Origin: Octopus sinensis
Lineage: Eukaryota
DNA: 64,000 nt
Direction of reading: 5' to 3'
Assembly: GCF_006345805.1 (NCBI RefSeq)
Contig: NC_042997.1
Location: forward strand, 22,878,001-22,942,000
Positions within the stretch are counted from its first letter, which is position 1. Each line of letters begins with the position of its first letter. Below, one piece after another: positions 49,662 to 62,454 of the stretch. Made by a program: the position numbers and the translations under genes. Under the pieces are notes generated by a model. It had not been told where the DNA came from. It saw only the letters and a list, made by a program, of their open reading frames with translations, and made no database searches.

Positions 49662-49735
49662 TTGATGATGATGATTATGGTGATGGTGATGGTGATGGTG
49701 GTAGTGGTAGTCGGGGTGATAGTGGTGATGACAAC
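48480..49735. repeat. Compound microsatellite field: (TG)n, (GAT)n/(GGT)n, (CA)n, and a ~440-bp GAT/GGT/GGC array
   Basis: Read directly; each trinucleotide array follows an RTE-tail remnant (catgccagcatgg at 48641; gcaagcatgggg at 49273). Confidence 0.95.
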
Positions 49736-50661
49736 ATGCACATATTTATTATTATTTATATCATAGCTAGGCTCCAGTCCGAAGTTAGTTTATGAAGAAT
49801 TTTCATATTTTGATATCAGAATAACAGAACGCTTTACTAAAAGGAACTCAAAAGCAAAAACCCAGCATGCATTACGTCTAGTCATAAACTCCCATATGCT
49901 ACAAAAATTGAAAAAAAAAATTGCTTATCTACAAGAAACCATCAGCCTGCAACCTGCTAAACACTCTTCCTGTGACTAATATAATTTACATATTCAGATA
50001 CAAACATTCTAACATTTAAATATCCTGACTTCAAACGTTACACTGGACGCACTTTATAGCTGGCTGACCATGTGTCTAAAACAAGAAGCTATTCAAATAT
50101 ATTTTATTATAACAACACTAAACGGAATTAGATAGAAAAACATCGGTTTTCATAGTACAGTCTTCTTAACTAGAATACTACCAGCCTTTGCCCTCTGCTT
50201 AAAAGCTTGATTGAATTTCTCTTGCTCTCATTCTCTGTGTGTGTGTGTGAGGATGAACATATATATACATGTGTAATATATATGTGTGTGTGTATGTATG
50301 TATATATATATATATATGTATGCATGTGTGTGCATGCGTGTGTATGTGTATGAATATGAACATATATATATATATATTATTGTTATATTTCAGGATGGTT
50401 GTTTTTTTTTCTTTTTCCAAATAAACACATGCGCTATATATTCATTCTTCACTCGTTTATTACTGTTCTTATTCCAACTCATGTCCATTGTCTGGAAATC
50501 TTTCATCACACATCTGTGACCTCCTCAGTGACACTTTCCGTCTTCATGTGTGCTCTTGCTCTGCTTTAATCCATTCTCAGAATACAAGAATATCTGTTTC
50601 AACACACGGTTTCACATCAGGAATCTTGCAGCACAAATTCATCAATGTATGTATATATATC

Positions 50662-50858
50662 ATCATCATCATCATCATCGTTGAATGTCCGCTTTCCATG
50701 CTAGCATGGGTTAGAGGATTTGACTGAGGGCTGGCGAACCAGATGGCTGCACTAGGCTTCAATCTTGATCTGGCAGAGTTTCTACAGCTGGATGCCCTTC
50801 CTAACGCCAACCACTCCGAGAGTGTAGTGGGTGCTTTTATGTGCCACCGGCACGGGGC
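50662..50858 (-). mobile_element. Young family C RTE-tail copy
   Basis: (CAT)n cgttgaatgtccgctttccatgctagcatgggtt...cttcctaacgccaaccactccgagagtgtagtggg. Confidence 0.85.
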
Positions 50859-51831
50859 CATATATATATATATTTTTTTTTTTTAATTTATTTATTCTTT
50901 TATTTGTTTCAGTCATTTGACTGCAGCCATGCTGGAGTACCACATACATATGTACATATTTCATCTTTCTCCACTTCACTCATCTCTCTCTCACTCATAT
51001 CCTGCCAACCTCATTACTCTATCTCATTCTCCCATGAGCCTATGTATAAGAGACTGTATTAGACTATTAGTATCCAATACACACTAACTTCACCATGTCT
51101 GTACTGCCAGCCATATCTCTATTTTTCCTCTGATCCATCAACCACTTTTTTTCTTGGAGCACCTGTTATTGTAATCCATTACCTTTCTTTGCTGTTATCC
51201 ATCTCTGCTATTGCCCCATTACTATCTTCCCATCTTCACCCCAATAATTCTGCTTCTACCATCATAGTTTTACTCCTTTTACCCACTCATTCTACCTCTA
51301 TAATGTCACCCCTCTCTTATTCCTCTCCTCTCTCACATGACCTGAATGAATGCCTATGTTTGGGTTCTGAGTACTTTACATTTACAGTGCACCAGGTATC
51401 TCTTTCCAGGATGGTGTCACAGTGAAAGCCCCTCCATCATTCTGCACACCTCCTGGAATGACTGGTGAGAAAACAAAGGAAAGTTAGAGTCATCAGTTTT
51501 CTTAAATCCTGTCTCAGTGAGGACTTGGCGTCCTCTCTAATGCTGGTGCCAAGTAAAATGTACGTAGTATACACTATTAAGTGAATAGCAACCAAGCAGA
51601 TGGCATGCAAGGTTAAGAGGTTTCTTTAGTTGTGTTCTGCCAAGGATTTATCAATCCCTTAGTACCAGTGCCATGGATGAATGCACCCTCTACACTTTGT
51701 ACAGTAGTCAACAACAGGAAAGGCTTCTAGTGGCAGAAACCAAACTAAAACAACACATATGAGTGACTCAGCTAGTCCAACCCATGTCAATCTGGGAAGC
51801 AAACATAAAATTATGATCATGATGATGATGG

Positions 51832-51868
<37 letters not shown>

Positions 51869-51967
51869 ACACACACACAACTGGATACAATGACACACTC
51901 AGTAGTATATTTAAAAGAAAAGCTGTTTTCTTTTTGATTTCTTGTAAATCTCTTTTCTCTCCCTTTC

Positions 51968-52017
<50 letters not shown>

Positions 52018-52084
52018 CATATATATAGTTGTCTCTAATGACAGAATATCTCATACTCAAGGATATCCCAGAAACAGGTTTTTC

Positions 52085-52117
<33 letters not shown>

Positions 52118-52554
52118 TGTATGTATGTATGTGTCTGAGTGTGTATGTATATATATGTGTGTGTGTGTGTGTATTTACTTTTTATATTACTTTATTTTAT
52201 TCTACCTTATTACTTATTTTACTTTATTTTTTGTTATATTCAAATTAATCCATCATCCCTCATGTACACACATAAATAAAAATAAAATAACTCCATATGC
52301 TCAGTCTGCCAATATGAACTAAGAGGTCAACATGTAATCTTTTATTGCATATCTTTTTCTCTGATGATATTGTGTTTATACCTTATAAATGTAAATTTAA
52401 GCCATAAATTTGTAATTTATTTAATAAGCACAAGTGAAACAGCTGCAAGAAGTATGAAGCATCATTTTACTAATAAATAATCATTAACTTTTAACTCTCC
52501 ATTTTCTTTTCTGCTATTAAGTGAATACAGATTATATATATATATATATATTTC

Positions 52555-52880
52555 TGTGCCGGTGGCACATAAAAAGCACCATCTGAACGTGGCTGATGCC
52601 AGCACCGCCTTGACCGGCTTCTGTGCTGGTGGCACGTTAAAAGCACCAACTGATCGTGGCCGATGCCAGACTCCCCTGGCACCTGTGCCGGTGGCACGTA
52701 AAAAGCACCCACTACACCCGCAGAGTGGTTGGCGTTAGGAAGGGTATCCAGCTGTAGAAACACTGCCAGATCAGACTGGAGCCTGGTGCAGCCCCTGGCT
52801 TCCCAGACCCCGGTCGAACCGTCCAACCCATGCTAGCACGGAAAACGGACGTTAAACAATGATGATGATGATGATGATGA
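52555..52880 (+). mobile_element. Young family C RTE-tail copy with three internal units
   Basis: gtggcac(a/g)taaaaagcacc units, conserved tail, (TGA)n. Confidence 0.88.
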
Positions 52881-52888
52881 TATATATA

Positions 52889-53540
52889 TGCTCCTGTGGA
52901 TATGCAACATCAGTATGCCTGTATGACAGAGTGTAAGCATCTTGAGGGAAAAATTGGGCATAAAAGGCAACAGATGTGGTGTGCAAGAGACAATTGCACT
53001 GGTATGGTCATGTGATGCATATGGATGAGAACAGCTGTGTAAAGAAGTGCTGATCTCTAACTGTAGAGAGAAGCTGTGGAAGAGGTAGACTCAGAAAGGC
53101 ATAGGACAAGGTGGTGAGGCATGATCTTTGAATGTGGGGTCTCATGGAGGCAATGACTAGTGTTAATGGCTTTTAGCTATTTGCTGTGCTTGAGAAGACT
53201 CGTGAAACCAAGTGAAATCATAGATGTAACCAGTGCCAGTGACATGTAATAACATCTATGCTGGTGACACAAAACAGCATCCATGCCAGTCACATGTAAA
53301 AGCACCTGTGCCAGTGACACAAGAGCACCCATGCCAGTGACAGGTAAAGGCACCCCTACACTCTCAGAGTGGTTGGCATTAGGAAAGGTATCCAGCTGTA
53401 GAAACCAAGTCAAAACCAGACTGAAACCTGGTGCAGCTCTCTGACTTACTTGTTCCAGTCAAACCATCTAACCCATGCCAGTATGGGAAACAGACATTAA
53501 ATGATGATGAAGACGAAGATAATGATGATGATGATGATGA
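52889..53540 (+). mobile_element. Short 5'-truncated RTE LINE (C-terminal ORF, 3' UTR, tail)
   Basis: ...LHWYGHVMHMDENSCVKKC*SLTVE..CGRGR... followed by the family C tail. Confidence 0.85.
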
Positions 53541-53554
53541 TATATACACACACA

Positions 53555-53650
53555 CACATACATACATACATACATACATACATACATACATACATACATA
53601 CATACATACATACATACATACGTACATATATACATACATACATACATACA
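53555..53650. repeat. (CATA)n microsatellite, about 24 units
   Basis: Read directly; a second (CATA)n run lies at 54435-54478. Confidence 0.95.
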
Positions 53651-53657
53651 CACACAC

Positions 53658-54434
53658 ATTTTGAAGGCTATGTGTTTGCAATCCAAAAACAGGAGATTAC
53701 CACAAAGTACCTGGCAAACAAGAGAGACAGTGACGCTCTTGTAATCTGCATATGTAGGCTATGTCATGTTTCTGCGGAAGACATCATGCATGTGATTAGC
53801 AGTTGTTCTAAAATGTTGTCACAGTACTACCTGCCTATACAGCATGATGTTGTTGATAAAACAATTTACAAAGTAATCTGAAAAAAAGATTGTCCTGAAA
53901 TAAACTGTTATGGAATACATTCATAAACACCAACTCAAGGAATACTGCTGGAATATTCCCATCAAAACTTTTGTCAAATGCAAACATAACAGGCTAGATA
54001 TTGTTGTTTGGGATGGAGGGGCAAAAGTATGTACCGTCATAGAGGTTAGCTGTCCTACAGATATAAATATCTCTTTGAAAATCAAAGACAAAGAGTATAT
54101 CTATGGACAACTGCTTCGAAACCTCTAGCTTCTATATCCAGACTATGAATTCATATTCATACTAATAATAATTGGCACACTAGATTTTGTTAGTAAATGC
54201 TTAAAGGAGAATCTGGTTAAACTGGGATTTTCACAAAGAGAAATTGACCAGCTGCTTCGTACATTACAAGTGCAATCTGTGGGTGGAACAATAAAAATAT
54301 GCAAGACTTTTCTCAAGTTCCAAATGTGAATTTGTCTGTGTTAACTACATCCAAAAGATGAAGCCTTGTATCTTTGTTGGAAACTGGCTCCCTCCTCAGT
54401 GGAAAATTTATAATAATTGAAAAAATGAAAGAGA
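53658..54434 (+). mobile_element. R4/Dong-like non-LTR retrotransposon 3' fragment (CCHC knuckle + restriction-like endonuclease), copy 1
   Basis: FEGYVFAIQKQEITTKYL, CRLC...EDIMHVISSC, HNRLDIVVWD...IEVSCPTDINI..K.KDK...Y; stops present; (CATA)n on both sides. Confidence 0.85.
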
Positions 54435-54479
54435 CATACATACATACATACATACATACATACATACATACATACATGT

Positions 54480-56240
54480 TAAGAGAGTCTGAAGGGTATC
54501 ACACTGGTTCACAAGGAAACAGAAATACCAAAATTACAGTTTCTTTGTGGATGACTTGAAACTATATTCCAAGAATATACATGAGATGAAAAAGAGCCTT
54601 GACCTGGTTACAACATTCTCAAATGATGTGGTTTACAACTTGGTCAAGATAAATGTTGCAATATATTATAGTGAAAAGAGGGAAAACGTTAACCAGACAA
54701 ACAGCATATCCATTAATGACTTAATTATTTCCCCTATATCTGATGAGGAATGTTACAGAGACCTAGGAGTGGATGAAAACATATCTTATGATAGCACCTG
54801 TAACAAGATCACTAAAGCATATTATAGCCGTATAAAGAATATATGGACCTTGGAACTCTCTGCATTCAATAAAGCAGTGAATCACAATGTATTTGCAGCA
54901 CCAGTATTCATACCAATATTTGGGCTACATGATTGGATGCTTTATGAGATCCAAGCTATTGATGTGAAAACCCGGAAGATACTAACCGGCACACAAAATT
55001 TCCACATCAACAGCGAAGTAGACCACCTCTATCTGAAAAGAAAACAAGGGTCAGAAGCTTAATATCAACCCAGACTGCCTTTGAATGTCATATCATTTAC
55101 CTTCAGTAACATCTTTTAACTACCAAGTGCATCCCTGGACAAAGTTTGCATACAATAAAGCTGATAACATCATGAGACTTGGAAAGCAGCTCCTTGAGCA
55201 GCATTCCTTGAATCCATGCCCAAAGAAGTTACATGACTCTACTGCAATGTATCATCAGATGAAATGATGAGCATATATCAACAGAACATGCATGGATATG
55301 TAAGCAAAAAGCTCTGGGATGATAGTAACATTGGTCATCAGAGCAGTCTATCATGGACCAATAACTGGATTACTAACTCCTACTTTGAAGGGTATGCATT
55401 TGAAACCCAGGAGCAGGAAATATCAACAAAATACCTGATGCAGAAAAGAGACAGAGACACATGTAAAGCATCACAATCTGATAACAGATGCTGACTTTGT
55501 GGAGTTAACACTAAAGATATCACCCACATCATAAGCAGTTGTCTGAAAATGTTGTCAAGGTATTATCTACCAATGAGACATTATGTTGTAGCTAAGGCAC
55601 TGTACAATGAGATCTGTCAGAAGGATAACCCTGAGGACAAAGAAATAAGAGCCCACAGTATTGCAGAAGCCATAGTCTATCATAAGAAGGAGTACTGGTG
55701 GAATGTCTCAGTGAAAAGCTCAATAAAATGAAAGCATAATAGATCTGACTCGGTGATTTGAGACAGAAAAGAGAAACTATGCACAGTTGTGAAAATCAGC
55801 TGCCCAGTGGATGTTAACATAAAGCTAAAGATTAAGGAAAAAGAAAATACCTATGCTGAACTATTTAGGTATCTACTAATATTTGACCCAGATTACAAGT
55901 TCAGGTTTATATCTGTAATTATTGGAGCACTGGGATATGTAACACATTGCTTAAGTACCAATCTTGAGAAATAAGGCTTATCGAAACCAGAAAGGAGAAA
56001 GCTGATCTGAAGACTACAGATCAAAGCCATCAATGGAACTGTAAAAATCTGTAAAACTTTCCAGAAGTTTATCATTCAAATATATATGCACATGTTAGAC
56101 ATGCAACTATATGCATGAAAATACATATAAAAAACAAAACATTCAAATCTGCACATATACTTATATGCAAATATACCTTGTCGATGTTGAAATTCCAATG
56201 AAGGAGCCTCATATCTAGATTAGAAACTCAGCTCTTTCTC
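54480..56240 (+). mobile_element. R4/Dong-like retrotransposon fragment (RT domain 5 onward, CCHC, RLE), copy 2, different subfamily
   Basis: FVDDLKLYSKN, YRDLGVDENI, LSAFNK...HNVFAAPV, FEGYAFETQEQEISTKYL, HIISSCLKM, KISCPVDVNIKLKIKEKENTY; many frameshifts and stops. Confidence 0.88.
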
Positions 56241-56927
56241 TGTATATATTTCTTTAAAAGTTTTCTTTTCCTTTTTGTTTTCTCTCCCTCTTCTCTTGTT
56301 CTGTCATCAGATGAAGGGGTTACCAATGAAATGTTAAACTATCTCTATTTCTTTGAGTATGAAGCTAATAACTATAACTTTTAATGTATTTTGTCTTGTC
56401 TTCCATCTTGCTTTCATGGTTTTATTTTATCTTTTCATATATATGTATTGTGGGCATGTGTTTATTAATGTATGCATATAAATTAACATTTCAGGTTTTA
56501 ATATAAATATCATATATTTGTAAATGTCAGCCCCTGAAGAGTACTGAGCCTCATATCCTTGGTTACTAATTAAACACTCTATCAGTTTTATAGCACTCAG
56601 TTTGCTATTTCTTCCCTTCAAACTAAGTACAAGTGGCCGCATATTTTTTTACTGAACTTTTACTTTTATAACATACTTGACAGTTTCATTAAAATAGATT
56701 AGTAATTTATGTTGATGCAGTTAGGTTCCTCCCACTAACATCTAACATAGCAAAATGTTCCATTTTGATTTAACATTGACAAGAATATAGAGAAATTAGA
56801 AATTAATGATTAAACGTTTTAGATAAACAAAAGCCATTTACAAATACCAACTTAGTATTGAAATAGGATAGTAGACATACTTATGGTAAATGAAATATAT
56901 ACCTATTGTTTATCAGATGAATGTGTT

Positions 56928-57145
56928 AGCAAGGCGGTGAGCTGGCAGAAACGTTAGCACACTGGGCAAAATGCATAACAGCATTTCATCTGTCTTTACA
57001 TTCTGAGTTCAAATTCCGCCGAGGTTGACTTTGCCTTTCATCCTTTCGGGGTCGATAAATTAAGTACCAGTCATGTTTTGGGGTCAATCTAATCAACTGG
57101 CCCCCTGCTCCACAAAAATTTCGGGCCTTGTGCCTAGAGTAGAAA
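56928..57145 (+). mobile_element. SINE family B (tail type 2) with 13-bp TSD (1 mismatch)
   Basis: AGATGAATGTGTT (56915-56927) / AGATGTATGTGTT (57146-57158). Confidence 0.9.
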
Positions 57146-57399
57146 AGATGTATGTGTTTGCATTATGATAAGCTTAAGTGGCTTTAATTCCTTTTATTGA
57201 ATACAAATATTGATAACACAGTTAAAAGAGAGTCTTACTAGAATTCTGTGCGATAAAAACCTGTTTAAATAAGTTACTTTACTCTTATATTAATAATTCC
57301 CTGATGCTAATGTTTTTTACTTATATTGTATGAATTTGTGAATAATAGCTTTGTTGGAGATTTGTGCTAAATAGGGTTCCAAAAGATTGATCACAGGTT

Positions 57400-57590
57400 C
57401 ATTGTATTTTCTATGGTAAGAGTAACAAGCGGTGTTGGTGTATTTAGCCTTTGAAAGTTTTTTTTAAGTGAGATATCTCTGATTGCAGTTTCTGGAAGTT
57501 TGTTCCATAATTTGATAGTTAGATATAGAGGTCTGAAGCAGACCACAGATTTGGAGAAGAGAGGGCATGTCATTGATGAGGTTGCACATG
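57400..57590 (-). pseudogene. CR1/L2-like LINE 3' end remnant
   Basis: ...TIKLWNKLPETAIRDISLKKNFQRL resembles F..R.I.LWN.LP..V.....L..FK..L. Confidence 0.5.
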
Positions 57591-57879
57591 GCAATGAAAG
57601 GAATTTGACTCACCTGATTGAGTAAATGATTAATCAAACAGTCACTCAGGTAATTGGTTAAATGTAAATGAATTAACTAATAATGATAAAAGAAGTGAAA
57701 TAGACAACTGCATGTGTTTATCTTTGGCATAATGACCTTCTCAAGATACAACAAAATAAATATAGAAAGCTCTTCCCCAAAGTGTGAGTCTTGGCATCAG
57801 TTGTGATGAAGCTACATGCAGATATAAATGATATCTTTCAGACTATAATAACAACATTGCTCAAAGTTATTGCTTGAGT

Positions 57880-58092
57880 AGACAGCAAGCTGGCAGAAAC
57901 ATTAGCACATCAGGTGAAATGCTTAGCAGTATTTCATCTGCCTTTATGTTCTGAGTTCAAATTCCGCCAAGGTCGACTTTGCTTTGCATCCTTTTGGGGT
58001 CGATAAATTAAGTACCAGTTGCGTATTAGGGTTGATCTAATTGACTGGCCCCCTCCCCCAAAATTTCGGGCCTTGTGCCTAGAGTGGAAAAG
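57880..58092 (+). mobile_element. SINE family B (tail type 2) with 17-bp TSD
   Basis: AAAGTTATTGCTTGAGT at 57863-57879 and 58093-58109. Confidence 0.93.
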
Positions 58093-59396
58093 AAAGTTAT
58101 TGCTTGAGTGCCTTTTACAGAGTATTGTTGCTTCAGAAATCTATTTCCTGGGATTTAAACTGCTGAAAGCAAACTTTATCACAGAACATCAGAAGCTGTA
58201 ATAATCATTGAAGCTTACTTTTGGACTGTAGTGGATCAGATTATTATATCATGTGAAGTATTTATTCATAATGCTTTGGATATGTGTTCTGTAAACAGTG
58301 GCTTTTCCTTTCATGATCAGCTTATATGCAGTTTTTGCGTAGTGCTTAGGCCTTTGTACAGCTTCGTTACATTGGAAGACATATGTTCTGCCTATACCAG
58401 CTCTCTGTTTATGATTATATCAAGAATTTCATGCTGCCTTTTCACAGGCAGCTTACAATTTTCAAGATGCTGGTTTTAGGGGCTTTTCTTTGCTAGAATC
58501 CCCTTTACACCAGGATTTTCATATTTTTTGTACTCATGAAACCCCACTAGATTGGGTTAAAATTTTAGGAGCCTAAAAGATATTTGAAATAACATTGTGT
58601 TAGCATAATTTATTCGTTGTTCTTATCTTAGTGGTTTGAAAAATTCAATTGCAGAACTAAAACATTAAAAATTAATGACTCTGTTAAGCTTGTTCCTGGT
58701 TTCAGAGAAATAATAATTGGTATGATGGATGTTACTTGAAACTGTAAATCAACCACTATATTCAGTTTGTTTCAATTTTTTTTTTTTTGCATGTTATTGG
58801 ACATGGTGAAAAAGTTCCTGCACATAAATATGTAATTAAAAACCACATTAATACTTTTAAATTTTTTTGTGCTTATCGTAAGGGTACTCCATTAATAATG
58901 CAATCCAAAATTTTGTCAGTTCCAATTGCTGAAATTTTATTTAAGGGAAAAATCTGTTGCATGTCTATTTGTTGTTCACTTTATTCTTGTAATACATTGC
59001 TTAATTTTAACAGATATACAAATGGGTTTTCAATTTCAGCAGGAAAATAGTGTTATTGATTTATGCACAATCAGACAAATGTTACCAAACTGAGCTCTAT
59101 ATTTTGACTTGACAGTTTTATACTATGAAACAAAATTTGCTTCACAGTCTCAAACACTTGACACCTCAATGTCTTGGTTTACATTTAAGTGATTTAATTT
59201 TACTTTGGACTTTGAAATATCAATTAGAACCATAACACTGTAAGATTAACCTTATTCAACTTGATATCAGAAAACTGTGTCAGCTTTTCATCCCATACAT
59301 AACTTTTAGTTTGGCTCAAAAGTTCAAAAAGATGTTCAGGCAGAAATATAACCAACTTCTTTATGCAATTTGAAAATTATTATTTCAACCAGCACA

Positions 59397-60010
59397 CTTT
59401 TCATCATCATTTTACATCCATTTTCCATGCTGATATGGGTTGGACAGTTTGACAAGAGCTGATGAGCCAGCAGACTGCGCCAAGTTCCACTGTCTGCTTT
59501 GGCATGGTTTCTACTGATGGATGTCCTCATTAGCACCAACCTTTTCGCAGAGTGTACTGGGTTTGTTTTACAAGGCACCAATATTAGTGAAGTCACCAAA
59601 TAACCTACAAGACAAGAACCCTCAACTGAGGGACGTATAAGATTGAGGGAAATGAGAAGTTAAAGTATGATGGAGAGACAGAAACAGGTAGAGGAAAGAC
59701 AGAAATAGTAGAGGAAATAGATGACAACCCCAACTAGAAAGAGAGAGATGGGGAAGAGGTGTCAAGTTACAAGATGAATTTAACAGAAGTGGTCCTGAGG
59801 ATTGGACTGGGTGAATGGGTAGGCAAGATCACAAGAGTGTGAAAAGAGAAGGTAAATGCAGTGAATGGCAAACACAGGTGGAGATGGTAAGTGTGAGAAG
59901 ATGGAGGTAACAGGAAGCAGCACAGGTGATGTGGAGTGTGGGTGGTGTATGAAAGATGTACAGTGCCAGGGACAACGTCAGAGACACATAAGGGTAATAA
60001 TAAAGTCACA
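59397..60010 (-). mobile_element. Pyrimidine-rich-body retroelement with RTE tail
   Basis: (CAT)n + RTE tail + gtcaccaaataacctacaagacaagaaccctcaactgag body; homologous to 126-740. Confidence 0.65.
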
Positions 60011-60576
60011 TGCAAACCTGCCATATTTTCACAATGAATTGAAGATTATTGCATTTAGTAGTCTTAATGTAATATAATTGACCAACTTTACAGCATCATT
60101 TACTACTAATCTCAGATCTTGAAGCATACATTTTATTGCTTGTGCTTGATCATGAAACAGCTGTAGATACGTTTACAATTCTGATTTAAGTCTTTTATTT
60201 TTGCTACATAACCATCATTTCAGTTCCATCATTGCAAATATTTGAATAAAGTTTTCTATAAGTTTTCATTGTTTTCAATAAATGAATACATTAAATTAAT
60301 GCTTTCCCTCCAAAGGCTCGCAGATTAACAGGTCTTCTTCAATGCTACTTTTATAAATATAGTCTACAAATTCAAGCAAATATACTAAACCATTGCCTTT
60401 TAAATTATCTATTTGAAGAGAGAATGTTTAGTTTATTTCAACCTTTCTTATTACTTCAGTTTTGCAAAAATTTTACATTTGATCATCTTTTATACAGGGC
60501 TTTATTACGTTTTCTGAAATTTAAGTGTTTCACCTGTTTTTTTCTAGCTGATAAACAATGCAATATAAAGCAAGCA

Positions 60577-61313
60577 GAATCTTTTCGGTTTGAACGGCAG
60601 TTTTTTAAAATAATTTCTATGTAACTAAACACTTTTAAACTTCGTATACTGGTAGGATGTGTTTATAAAACATCTTTTTCTCTTGGCTTTCTTGAGAGAA
60701 TTCTATAGTTTGTAAGATATTTGGTCTTTAATTTCTTGCATTTTGGCAATTTCAACCTATTAATGACGTCTATTGAGGTGAAAACGATTTTTGCCGTAAC
60801 ATTTTATGGCGGCGTCATATGAAAATGTCCCTGATTTTTATGAAAAAAAAGATACCCTGTGGCCATAAACTGAGGGGTCACTCGTAAACAGAGCTGGATA
60901 ACAAAACCATTCTCTCTTTAGTGTCCACCCATAATTATGACCCTAGTATCGATCTATTGCATTTCAATCTGTTTTAGGGTTAGGGGTTGGGTTAGGGTTA
61001 GGGGTGGGGGGAAGGGTATCTTTTTTTCTTCAGAAATGTAAATAAACCCAATCTGTTTCTTAAACGAGGGACATTTTCATATTTCACCGCCAGAAAATTT
61101 TACAGCAGATAATGTTTCCACCTCAATAGACGTCATTGATTGGTTGAAATTACCAAAATTGAAGAAAATATCTTACAAATTACAGAATTTTCTCAAGAAA
61201 GTCAAGAGAAAAAGATGTTTTATAAACATATTCTACCAGTGTACGAAGTTTAAAAGTGTTTATAGTTATATAGAAATTATTTTTAAAAACTGCTGTTCAA
61301 ACTGAAAAGATCC
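60577..61313. mobile_element. Long-TIR (fold-back) MITE, 737 bp, with 8-bp TSD and a G-rich telomere-like spacer
   Basis: Inverted arms at ~60577-60857 and ~61014-61313; TSD AGCAAGCA at 60569-60576 and 61314-61321; TTAGGG-like run at 60974-61010. Superfamily (Merlin, MULE or other) not determined. Confidence 0.88.
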
Positions 61314-61324
61314 AGCAAGCAAAA

Positions 61325-61860
61325 CATTGACTACACCTTCACCTTTGTTCATCATTCACTACATTGACTTCTATTCCCATCTAATCATCTGTCATTCTCT
61401 TCTCAAACTCTTGCAAACTTACCAACCCACCCTTCCTGATCCTGTCCCTGTACCTTTTTTACTTACTTTCTTGTGCCTTGAGGCTACACCCTGATGCCTT
61501 GTTGCTAATATCTTTATCTCTTTTTTAGCTATTCCAAACCTTATATATGTAGGGTAGCCATATATAGCAAGACAGCTATTCCTGTACCTGAGTTACTTTA
61601 ATCTCTCAAACCTGGTCTTAAGCTACCTCTCTCTCTACTACACACTGCTCAGTTGAGGGGAGCCCTTTTGTCATGTGAGTTACTTGTGACCAGTGCCACA
61701 TAAAAAAAGCACCAAGTATACTCTGTAAAAAAGTTGGTGTTAGGAAGATTATCCAGCAATTGAAAGTATGCCAAAGCCACAGTCTTTCAGCTCATTGGTT
61801 CCTGGAATCATCCATCTCAAGCCAACCTGGAAGACTGACATTTAATGATGATGATGATGA
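61325..61860 (+). mobile_element. Pyrimidine-rich-body retroelement with RTE tail
   Basis: ctcagttgagggg...gagttacttgtgaccagtgccacataaaaaaagcacc...ttaatgatgatgatgatg. Confidence 0.6.
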
Positions 61861-62454
61861 CAAAAATGTATACTTCTTTTGATTTAATTCCAAACAATCT
61901 CTTTTTAAAATATTCTTCACTTAATTTTTTTATAAACCTTCAAATGTGTTGTTTCTAAATGCCACTTTAGTTAGATTTAAGGCTGAAACCTTTCCATATT
62001 CAACCAACAGTTCAGTTTTATCACCAGTCCAAATAAAAGTCCTGTAATATTTTATTTTCTTTGCTCATCTTGTTGTTTTGATGTTGGTTTTGCAGATAAA
62101 TTTTCTATAGGCTCAAGTTATGTAATGCCTCTTCCATTCATATCACTCAGGTTTTGCATATTAGCACTTGAATTATTGTTGGTATTTTACCATTTATCCA
62201 CTGGGGATGTAAATAAAATGTAATTTATTGATTTTAAAAAAATTATTATTTCCTAAAACATTCATCTTCACTATGCATACATTAGGAAAGTCACTAAACC
62301 ATATAACACCAATATTATACATTATTTTTAACAACCAATTCACATTTATTGTTGCCTAAACAGAAGGCAATTAAAAATTATGTAATATTAGCTTAAGCTA
62401 CCAGACACCACCAGTTCAACAGAATATATACCCATAATTAATGTTCTTATATGT

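Noticed and set aside
48462-49795. Long poly-amino-acid ORFs (poly-G/D/H/M/T/I)
   Set aside because: Stop-free trinucleotide microsatellites open in nearly all frames on both strands; no splice signals or domain.
60974-61010. Interstitial telomere or chromosome-fusion scar
   Set aside because: Only a few degenerate TTAGGG units, located inside a TIR/TSD-bounded MITE.
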